A DNA stretch of 63,995 bases, filler included, from Saprolegnia diclina VS20 (taxonomy: Eukaryota), in assembly GCF_000281045.1 (NCBI RefSeq). It is 5 parts of 2 records of this genome, joined end to end, with 100 filler letters (N's around TTAATTAATTAA, not from the genome) between each part and the next. Parts side by side here need not be neighbours in the genome. Positions count along the whole stretch, not along the records: positions 1 to 25,120 come from NW_008246087.1; positions 25,221 to 47,938 come from NW_008246087.1; 3 more parts are not named here. One strand, 5' to 3'. Shown piece after piece: positions 23,242 through 31,437 of this stretch. Positions within the stretch are counted from its first letter, which is position 1. Each line of letters opens with the position of its first letter. A program made the position numbers and the translations under genes. A model generated the notes under the pieces. That model was not told the DNA's origin, did not search any database, and saw only the letters and a list, made by a program, of their open reading frames with translations.

Positions 23242-24318
23242 ATGGCGAGCACGACAACGACCCACCAGCCCGAAGCCAAGGCGGCGATTCTCAACTGGGC
23301 CGACCAGAAGGACGGGCAGTTCAAGCGCCAAGTCTCTTCGTTCCGCGACTTTATCGGCTCGGAGCGCTTCCCGGCCGAGAAGGGCCGGTACCATCTCTAC
23401 ATCTCGTGGGCCTGTCCGTGGGCACACCGCACAGCTATCGTGCGCAAGCTCAAGGGCCTCGAGTCGGTCATCGGGCTCTCGGTCGTGAGCTACCTCATGG
23501 GCAAAGACGGCTGGCACTTTTCGACTCCGGAGGAAGAGCCCGGCACGATCCCCGATACGGTCAACGGCGCCAAGCTCGTGCGCGAAATCTACTTCAAGGC
23601 CGAGCCCAACTACAACGCGCGCTTCACAGTGCCGATCCTCTGGGACACCAAGCACGAAACGATCGTCAACAATGAGTCGAGCGAGATCATTCGCATGCTC
23701 AGCTCCGAGTTTAACGCGTTCTCGTCGCGCCCGTCGCTGGACCTGTACCCTCTTGCGCTGCGCCCCGAGATTGACGAGCTCAACGCGTGGGTCTACGACG
23801 GCATCAACAACGGCGTGTACAAGTCAGGCTTTGCGTCGACGCAGGACGCCTACGAGTCGAACGTCTACGCGCTCTTTGCCGCCCTGGACCGCGCCGAGGC
23901 GCACTTGGAGAACAAGGCGTGGCTCGTCGGCAATACGCTCACCGAGGTACCGTTGTCATTTCTCATACACCGTAGCTCAATCATGTCCAGGCGGACATTC
24001 GACTCTTCACGACCATTCTGCGCTTTGACCCGGTGTACCACGGCCACTTCAAGTGCAATCTCAAGACCATTTCGCACGACTACCCCAACGTACGTAGCTA
24101 CAATGGAGGATCTGTCATCTTATCAGCGATCGCGGATGTAGCTGCTCCAGCACGCGCGTCGCGTCTTCCAGCTCGATGGCGTCGCCGAGACCGTCAACAT
24201 GACGCACATCAAGCGCCACTATTACATGAGCCACCTCCAAATCAACCCGTTCGCGGTCGTGTCGGCGTGGAACGGACCCGACCTCTCGACGCCGGTTGTC
24301 GAGAGCCACGTGCTCTAA
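23242..24318 (+). CDS. Glutathionyl-hydroquinone reductase (ECM4/YqjG, omega/xi-like GST), 2 introns
   Basis: GRYHLYISWACPWAHRT, FTVPILWD, IVNNESSEI, INNGVYKSGFA, RFDPVYHGHFKCN, HIKRHYYMSH. Confidence 0.95.
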
Positions 24319-24694
24319 GGTTGAGGTGCGTGTCTTTTGCATTATCAAAACACAGACATAAATGTATATTTCGATTAAAGATACCTAAAGAAACAAGATA
24401 TTTGTCAATTCCGCAGAAGGCTCGGATCGAGTTGGCTAACGTGCTAGCCACCGCATACAAAGACTCGAGTGCGCGGAATCTGCGCGTTCGTCGCTCTCGA
24501 CGATACCACTAACTCAGTTACATTTGCCGACTTGCCCGGTATCGATACCCTGGCAAGAGACAGCCTCTGCATGATCCCTTGTCAAGCATTGATTCAAATA
24601 AGTCACGGTCATGTATGATCGACATTAGGCGAGACTAGGATACGGAGGAATGCAACATCGTACGCAGGAAGAAAGCAGGGGAGCGTGTGAAGGA

Positions 24695-25120
24695 TTAGGC
24701 GTAGCGCGTGTCGTCGGCGAGGCGGGCGTAGCCATCTTCCATGGAAACGTAGCCGTCCGCCTTCTTGGCAAGAAGCACCGAGGCGACAACAGCGACGGCA
24801 GCGATGCACGCGACGACCAAGAGCCCGTTGTTGGCAGCCGAACTGTACATGGCGTTGAGCTGGCTGGAGCCAACAGAAACGGCCTTGGCAGAGCACTGCG
24901 ACACGGTGTCACTGAGGTACGTGGCGACGCTGACGCTCTCGCTGTCGAGGTAGACGAGCACGTCATCGTCGACGGGACACGTCGAGCACGTGCCATCGCA
25001 GAACGTGTTCTTGTCACAGAGGGTGGCGCCCTTCTTGCAGAGAACCGTTTTGTCTGCGAAGAAGTCCTTGCAGGCGCCCTTGCCATCGCAGTAATCTTGT
25101 GCGTCGCACGCACCAGCGTT
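24695..25120 (-). CDS. C-terminal part of a disintegrin-like Cys-rich type I membrane protein (5' end lost in gap)
   Basis: GACDAQDYCDGKGACKD..VLCKKGATLCDKNTFCDGTCSTCPVD, then a TM helix (LLVVACIAAVAVVASVLL) and a short tail. Confidence 0.75.
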   Translation of the reverse strand, partial: NAGACDAQDYCDGKGACKDFFADKTVLCKKGATLCDKNTFCDGTCSTCPVDDDVLVYLDSESVSVATYLSDTVSQCSAKAVSVGSSQLNAMYSSAANNGLLVVACIAAVAVVASVLLAKKADGYVSMEDGYARLADDTRYA

Positions 25121-25443
25121 NNNNNNNNNNNNNNNNNNNNNNNNNNNNNNNNNNNNNNNNNNNNTTAATTAATTAANNNNNNNNNNNNNNNNNNNNNNNN
25201 NNNNNNNNNNNNNNNNNNNNCACCAGGGCCATTCGGCCCATTGACGCGCCGTCGTCCGACCACACACACATTCTGCTCGACATGCACTCTTCCGTCGAAC
25301 GATCGCTTCACCACATTGCCCAAGGCGGGAATTGATGCCTGCCTAAAACCGAAACGCGTCGAGTGTTCGCGGAAGCTGAAACCGTCGCTCGTTCTTCTTT
25401 TTGCCATTCTTCAACTTGCCCGGCAGACCGCGAGACGAGCACC

Positions 25444-26145
25444 ATGGCCGCGTACGACCGTAAGCCCCGCACGGGCAAACGTCAAGCGACCGCGGCCGAC
25501 GACTTGCGGGACGCTCATGAGGCTGAAACATACCAGGACATGGAAGATGACCGCCCGACGGAGACGTTGGCTGCCCAGCTCCAGCGGATGCGCGCGGAGC
25601 TCGATGCGGCCTATCGCAAGATGGCCGAACAGCAGCGTACTATCGCAGCCCACGACGACCGAGTCAAGAGTGTCGAAGACGGCCGGCGTCGGGACACAGC
25701 CGCGTGCGTCGAACGTGTTGAGAAGGTCCAGGCTGAGTCAGAACGTGCCTTGGCGGCGCAGCGAGCCAAAGTTATGGCGGCCCAAGACGAGACAAGTCGG
25801 GTCCGCGCTGCTGCTGCTTCCGCGGCTGCCGAGAAGGACGCTGAAGTTGAACGGTTGCGCGCAGAGGCTGCCCATGGTACGACTTCCCGCCCGACCGAGC
25901 TGCGTCCGCGTTGTGAAGCCATGACGAAACATGGAGGCAGCTGCTCCAACTACCGGTCGTCGTGTCCGTACCGCGCTTCGGGTCTGCACCGCGACGTGGC
26001 GCCCGGGGCACCGGCGGCTTCGCTTCCCGTCCGTTCCACGTGCGGATACACGACGAAAGCCGGCCATCCTTGCAAGAAAATGCGGGCGACGTGTCCTCAC
26101 CATCGCCACTTGTGGCCCTCACCCAGCGCCGACACCCCGGATTAA
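25444..26145 (+). CDS. Antisense ORF (233 aa): coiled coil plus two C-x3-TK-x-G-x2-C-x6-CP motifs
   Basis: ACCATGG start context, long heptad-like region, CEAMTKHGGSCSNYRSSCPY and CGYTTKAGHPCKKMRATCPHH. Confidence 0.75.
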   Translation: MAAYDRKPRTGKRQATAADDLRDAHEAETYQDMEDDRPTETLAAQLQRMRAELDAAYRKMAEQQRTIAAHDDRVKSVEDGRRRDTAACVERVEKVQAESERALAAQRAKVMAAQDETSRVRAAAASAAAEKDAEVERLRAEAAHGTTSRPTELRPRCEAMTKHGGSCSNYRSSCPYRASGLHRDVAPGAPAASLPVRSTCGYTTKAGHPCKKMRATCPHHRHLWPSPSADTPD

Positions 26146-26313
26146 GTCGGTGCCATGACGCCTGTCCTGAGGCCACGAGGAGCCCGCGCGACCTGGCCTG
26201 GAGGGCCGCTGAGTGGTCGTGTGTCGCTTCGACGTGCGCGTAGGGTTGTCGCGGCCCGTCGCGGCCGCTTCGATAATCAATTGACTTGGTCCTTGGTGTT
26301 TTTTGTGTGTTGC

Positions 26314-29300
26314 CTACTGCCGGAATGGCAGTCGGCTGTCCGTCCACTCATCGTCGATGAGCGCCACGGCTTCGTCTTCAGCGTCATAATCGCGCAAGTT
26401 GCGCTCGTCGATGAGATCACGGTCGACTTGAGAGTCATCGACCCACGCGCGACGTCCGTCCGGAAACTCGACTTGCCACTGCTTGGGTGATGCATTACGT
26501 AGGACTGGCCCTGGGCGTCGGCGAAACCCGACGACGCGCGTTGCTTGAGCTGCGTCTGGTGGCGGATCTGGGTCGCGTCGCGCCCGTGCTGTTGCATTCC
26601 TTGGCGTTGGGTCAATTGGGTCACTGCGATCGTGCCCAAGGTCCAAGGGAGCGTGCCAGTCTGTGACACCTTGCTCCACCTCGACGTTTGGCGCCCGCTG
26701 CCGGATGCCCTGGTACTCGCGGTACGGTCGTAGACGCTCGGCATGCACTGCGCTCTTGAGAACTTCTCCGGTTGGACGGGTGAGGCGGTACGTCATGCCG
26801 GTACGAGACACAATGATGAACGGCCCCTTCCAAGAGCACCTCAACTTCCCCGGCACCGTGGCGTTGCTGCGGTCTTGCGCCACCGGCACAGCGAGCCAGA
26901 CCTTGCTGCCGATCTTGTAGTCACCACGCGATGGACCGCCGGCGCGAAGCCACTCGCGGTGTTTCTTGTCGTAGTACGCCTTGTTCAGCGCCCATGCCTC
27001 GGTGTTGCGTTGACGCACGTCGTCTGCCACTCGTTGGGCTTCTGGGAGCACGTTCTCGACGAAGTCCTGGCAGTTGACGTATTCTGGTCGTTGACCGAGC
27101 TGCAAGCTGCGGGCAAGCGGAGAGAACGGCTCGCGGAGAAAGAACGCAAAGAACGGGGAGTACCCGGTAGCCGAGTGTATGCTGCGGTTGTAAGCACTTG
27201 TCACGACCGGAACGTGCTCATCCCATTCGTCGCCTTCTTCCATGAGTGCCCGCAAACGTTCCTTGATCCAGCGGTTGGCTCGCTCGACGTATGAGTTGGC
27301 TTGTGGTCGGTACGCCGTCGTTGGACACTGCTGCACGTTGTACATCTTGCATAGCGCGTCGACGACATCACTGAGGAATTCTTGAGCACGGTCCGACGTC
27401 AGAACTCGCGGCGTCCCAAACGGCGTGAAGATGAAATCGTGCAGAACGTAAGCCGTCGTCCTTGCCGTGCGGTCGGCCACCGGAATGCACCACACGTACC
27501 GAGTGAATGTACACATGACGACGAGGATGCAGTTGTTGCCGCGCTCAGTTCCACCGACTCCATTGCCAAGCACGGCATGGTCGATCGAGAGGATGTCCAT
27601 GGGACCTCTGGACACTGGGAGTCGTCCCCGCTCGGCGTGGGTCGTGTGGCGAGCGTGTTTGCTCGACTGGCACCGGAGGCATCCGTTTACAAAGTCCGTC
27701 ACGTCACCGTACATGCCCGGCCAAGTCGCCAGCGCCGAGAGCTTGTCGTACGTCTCGGCGATGCCACCGTGCGACTCGCCTTCGCCAGCGTGTATCTCGC
27801 TCATAAGCTGAGTTCGAAGCGAGAGTGGAATGACCACTAGAGGCCGGGCCGGCCCGTGCCCACGTCGATGTGCTTCCTTGTGTACGATTCGACAGAGGAC
27901 GCCATCCACGACCGCATGTTCGTACACGTCTCGTCCTGGCGAGCGACGTGGCGGTGCATGTTCGGCGTTCTCGATGGTCTCAATGGCCGACCGCATCCAT
28001 GGTACAGTCAGTTGACCGGCACGGATGCGTGCCGCCCTTGCCATCATCATCGGGTCGACGTTGATCGAGGTGACTGCCGCTGCGTCCATGTCATCGTCGT
28101 CAGTGGCGTCCTGTACTTGGTCTTCGTATGGTACTTGCCCTTCCCAAGGCAACGAGGCCGCTGTCGTAGCTGCCCACGTTGACACGTCTTCGATTCCCAC
28201 GCCGTTGCCAGTCCGGATGCCGGTCTCGCCTTCATCGTCAGTGGCGTTGTCCATCACTTGGTTGGCCACGTAGTCTGCCACCTCGTTCTTCTCGCGCGGG
28301 ACGTGCTGGACGACCCACGCGTCAAACTGCCCAAGCAGCTGCCAAATGGCCGTGAGCCTCTTGCGGACTTCTTCATTCTTGACGGCGTAGACTCGGTGCA
28401 CCAGTCGTTCAAGTAACTCCGAGTCGACGAAGGCGACGACGGTTCGTTTGCCCAGCTGGTCGGCTCGCCGCAGGCCTTCCTCGAGACCTCGGGCTTCTTG
28501 GAGGTTGACAGTCTCGTGGCCGGGCCCGGCAGCGCCACCGACAGCGATGAGGTGAGTGCCCGTGTTGTCCCAGATACAGAAACCAAAGCCACTCACAACA
28601 CCACCGCGGTTGGCCCCGTCGCTCGCCAGAATGGCTGCGTTTGGGCCCATCGGCGGCCAACGGAAGGTCGGCGCGCGTGTCACCACGGTCGGTTCGAGTC
28701 TTGGTGTTCGGCCCAGAAGCAGCTCGACCGGGTATGTTTGCCGCTGCCGTGCCATTTGTACATCCAGTCGGAGGGCCCAGAACTCGATCTGCCACTTCTC
28801 GCGTCGTCCGAGTTGACCCAGCTTGTCGATGGCCCACCGGAGGTTCGGGTCCCATGAGAAAACGGTCACCTGCTTGCCCTCGAAGACATGCCGCCACTTC
28901 CGTACCGCAAGACGCAGTGCGACCATGGTCTTCTCCACATTGGCGTAGCGCAGCTCACTCGCGACGAGACGTGTGCTAGCAAACGCCACGGGCCGCTCGA
29001 TGCCGCCGACGGTCTGAGAGAGAACGCAGGCCACTGACGAGAAATCGGAGCCGACCGTAATGTTGAATGGCACACCCTCGACGGGAGCGTGGGCCCGCGG
29101 TAGCGTGTTCAACTCCTTCACGAGGCTGGCCACGGCATCGTGTGCATCGTCGTCCATGTAAAATGCCACCTTGGCTTCGAGCAGGCGGTACAGCGGTGCC
29201 GTCTTGTTAGCAAAACCGGGGATGAAGCGGCGGTAATATCCAGCCCGTCCAAGGAACTCACGTAGCGCGTCGATGCCGTCGATTTTGGGAGCATCGGCCA

Positions 29301-31437
29301 TGTTCTTGACGTTTCGGTCGAGAGGGGTTATGACCCCGTTGCCTTCGAGTCGGTGGCCGAGGTAGTTGATAGACGTCTTGGCCCACTCGCACTTCTCCTT
29401 GCGCAGAGTCCATCCGTGCTCACGCATCTTCATGAGGACGAGCTCGACGTGGTGCAGATGTTCGTCGTACGACTTGGAGTGAATAAGGATGTCGTCGATG
29501 TAAATTTCGACAAAGATGCCGATGTATTCCTTGAGCGTCTCGACCATGTAGGCCTGCATAGCACCGGCTGAGTTCACAGCGCCCATGAGCATGCCCGTCG
29601 GTTCAAACGTCCCGTCTTCCGTGACAAAAGCAAACTTGGCCCCATGCCCAGCGGCGTATCGGACTTGCCAAAACGACGACGCCAGATCCAAGGCCGTGAA
29701 CCATACGGAGGCGGCCACGCGGTCGAGGATGTCGTCGATGCGGGGTAGCGGAGCTGAGACCACTCGCGTGCGTGCATTGATCGCACGTAGGTCGTTCACT
29801 AGGCGCCAGTTGTTCGGGTCGTCCGGATCGCCGCCTTTGCCTTTTGGGCGCAGGAAAGCGGGGGTGGCCCACTCGCTGTCGCTCACCTCAATGGCCAGCC
29901 CGTCCCGTACCATCTGCATGACGATTTGGCGCATGACAGCACGCTTCTGCGGCCCGAGCGGGTAGAACCCGATCTTGATGGGCATGCCCGACACCTCGAC
30001 ACGGTGCTCGTGCTTCGTTGTCTGCCGCACCCGCTCCCCCTTTTTTGCAAAGAGCGACGCAAATGACGCAATGAGCGTGTCGAGAAGCGGATCCATGCTG
30101 CCCGCCTCTTGGATGTCGGCGCATACCATCGCCCGAGCGGCAATGTCACGCAGCCGAGCGTCGAGAGCATCAGCGCGGACGAGACGGACCTGGTCCTCAA
30201 GTACGATCATCGAGATGCCGTGGGTGAAGATGAAGTCCATGCCGAGAATACCAGTGTGGTTGAGGCCGTCGCAGATGACGAAGGTGTGGACCATGTCTGA
30301 GCCGTCAAATGAAAGCTTCACATCACAGCAGCCGTGTACGGCGATCGCCGCCCCGTTCGCTCCTCGCAGGCTGCGGTTGAACGGCCGGACCGTGGGTTTG
30401 CCCAAGGTCTTCCACGCTGCTCGTGATAACAGCGAGACCATGGCTCCCGTGTCGAACAAGACCTGGAGCCGTCGCTCGTTGCTCTCGATGGACACCATCA
30501 CGCGACTGTGCCCTGCTCGCATGAGCGCCATGCGGCTGGCGTGCACATGCTCGATGGAGCAGTGGTCTTCACGGCTGGCCGCTCGTAGCGCCGTCTGCGT
30601 CCCACGTTCCCATCGTTTGTAGTGTGGGGCCCACTTGGTGACGCTGCTACCCACGGCGTCGAGTCGAGGGTTTACGAGGAGACGCCGGCAACCAGTACCG
30701 AGCGGGTCTTCTGCCGTCGTGCCTGTGGTAACGCATCGACTTAGCTTCCGGTTAGTCGCCCGTCGTGCCCATGGTGACAGACCGGTCCATCCACGGCGAG
30801 CTGCAGCGAGGCTCGCGCTCGACAGTTGACGTCGCTTCTGCTGGCCGGCGTGGAGCTTGAGGCGCAGCAGGCGACGCCACACATCGACACCCTTGAACGA
30901 CGTAACCTCGTTGTTAGTCGTGTTGCCGGACGTCGGCGGTGCGTCTTCTTCGTTCACGGCTTCAACCGGGAGACACCCGGTGATCCAGCTGGGGAGGGCT
31001 AGACCACCAGGAGTGTTGCCTCTGTCGTGCCGCATTTGGACGTCCGTGTCGCCGTCTTCTGGTATGTTCTCGTCGCAACCAGCATGCAGAGTCGACGGCG
31101 CCGACCGAATGGGGGCCGCCACGTCCGTCGCTGTGCTGGTGTCATCGTCGCAAACGTCCTCCACCACTTGGGCAGCAGGAGACACTGAACTGGAGACGGC
31201 AGCGTTGTTCATTATTTGTTCTTGTACTTGTACTTGTTCTTGTTCTTGTTCTTGTTGTTGTTCTTGTTGTTCTTGTTCTTGTTGTTGTTCTTGTTGTTCT
31301 TGTTCTTGTTGTTGTTCTTGTTTGTGTTCTTCCTTCTTCTTCTTCTTCCACGCGCGCTTCCTTGGTCGCTTGGGACCTCGGCGTGCGGCTGCCGTCTCGA
31401 CCAACCCCGCCGCTATGGTTGGTCGGACTGAAAATCC
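26314..31437 (-). CDS. pol: Pol polyprotein, entered by -1 frameshift
   Basis: LFDTGA protease; LDLASSFWQ/YIDDILI RT; degenerate RH; aRH (SDGA..QEARG..VDSEL..HVPREKNEVAD); H-H-CxxC zinc motif; D-D-E integrase (SIDH, SDRAQEF, VERAN); GPF; chromodomain-like C-terminus. Confidence 0.96.
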   Translation of the reverse strand, partial: GFSVRPTIAAGLVETAAARRGPKRPRKRAWKKKKKEEHKQEQQQEQEQQEQQQEQEQQEQQQEQEQEQVQVQEQIMNNAAVSSSVSPAAQVVEDVCDDDTSTATDVAAPIRSAPSTLHAGCDENIPEDGDTDVQMRHDRGNTPGGLALPSWITGCLPVEAVNEEDAPPTSGNTTNNEVTSFKGVDVWRRLLRLKLHAGQQKRRQLSSASLAAARRGWTGLSPWARRATNRKLSRCVTTGTTAEDPLGTGCRRLLVNPRLDAVGSSVTKWAPHYKRWERGTQTALRAASREDHCSIEHVHASRMALMRAGHSRVMVSIESNERRLQVLFDTGAMVSLLSRAAWKTLGKPTVRPFNRSLRGANGAAIAVHGCCDVKLSFDGSDMVHTFVICDGLNHTGILGMDFIFTHGISMIVLEDQVRLVRADALDARLRDIAARAMVCADIQEAGSMDPLLDTLIASFASLFAKKGERVRQTTKHEHRVEVSGMPIKIGFYPLGPQKRAVMRQIVMQMVRDGLAIEVSDSEWATPAFLRPKGKGGDPDDPNNWRLVNDLRAINARTRVVSAPLPRIDDILDRVAASVWFTALDLASSFWQVRYAAGHGAKFAFVTEDGTFEPTGMLMGAVNSAGAMQAYMVETLKEYIGIFVEIYIDDILIHSKSYDEHLHHVELVLMKMREHGWTLRKEKCEWAKTSINYLGHRLEGNGVITPLDRNVKNMADAPKIDGIDALREFLGRAGYYRRFIPGFANKTAPLYRLLEAKVAFYMDDDAHDAVASLVKELNTLPRAHAPVEGVPFNITVGSDFSSVACVLSQTVGGIERPVAFASTRLVASELRYANVEKTMVALRLAVRKWRHVFEGKQVTVFSWDPNLRWAIDKLGQLGRREKWQIEFWALRLDVQMARQRQTYPVELLLGRTPRLEPTVVTRAPTFRWPPMGPNAAILASDGANRGGVVSGFGFCIWDNTGTHLIAVGGAAGPGHETVNLQEARGLEEGLRRADQLGKRTVVAFVDSELLERLVHRVYAVKNEEVRKRLTAIWQLLGQFDAWVVQHVPREKNEVADYVANQVMDNATDDEGETGIRTGNGVGIEDVSTWAATTAASLPWEGQVPYEDQVQDATDDDDMDAAAVTSINVDPMMMARAARIRAGQLTVPWMRSAIETIENAEHAPPRRSPGRDVYEHAVVDGVLCRIVHKEAHRRGHGPARPLVVIPLSLRTQLMSEIHAGEGESHGGIAETYDKLSALATWPGMYGDVTDFVNGCLRCQSSKHARHTTHAERGRLPVSRGPMDILSIDHAVLGNGVGGTERGNNCILVVMCTFTRYVWCIPVADRTARTTAYVLHDFIFTPFGTPRVLTSDRAQEFLSDVVDALCKMYNVQQCPTTAYRPQANSYVERANRWIKERLRALMEEGDEWDEHVPVVTSAYNRSIHSATGYSPFFAFFLREPFSPLARSLQLGQRPEYVNCQDFVENVLPEAQRVADDVRQRNTEAWALNKAYYDKKHREWLRAGGPSRGDYKIGSKVWLAVPVAQDRSNATVPGKLRCSWKGPFIIVSRTGMTYRLTRPTGEVLKSAVHAERLRPYREYQGIRQRAPNVEVEQGVTDWHAPLDLGHDRSDPIDPTPRNATARARRDPDPPPDAAQATRVVGFRRRPGPVLRNASPKQWQVEFPDGRRAWVDDSQVDRDLIDERNLRDYDAEDEAVALIDDEWTDSRLPFRQ
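31218..31348. repeat. (TTG/TTC)n microsatellite encoding poly-K and a QE tract in Pol
   Basis: Visible trinucleotide run; frame maintained. Confidence 0.9.
31385..31437 (-). promoter_or_regulatory. -1 programmed ribosomal frameshift signal: G_GAU_UUU plus predicted H-type pseudoknot
   Basis: Heptamer 31437-31431 in the gag frame, 5-nt spacer, 9-bp stem CGACCAACC/GGTTGGTCG. Loop GCGGC is complementary to downstream GCCGC. Confidence 0.85.

Noticed and set aside
24710..24750. ITAM-like double tyrosine motif
   Set aside because: The spacing of 3 residues is too short for an ITAM; better read as two YxxPhi sorting signals.
25121..25220. TTAATTAATTAA inside N runs (also near 47983, 60211 and 62221)
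   Set aside because: Six-frame-stop assembly linker, not biology. Plain N gaps also occur at 14923-15022 and 33318-33417.
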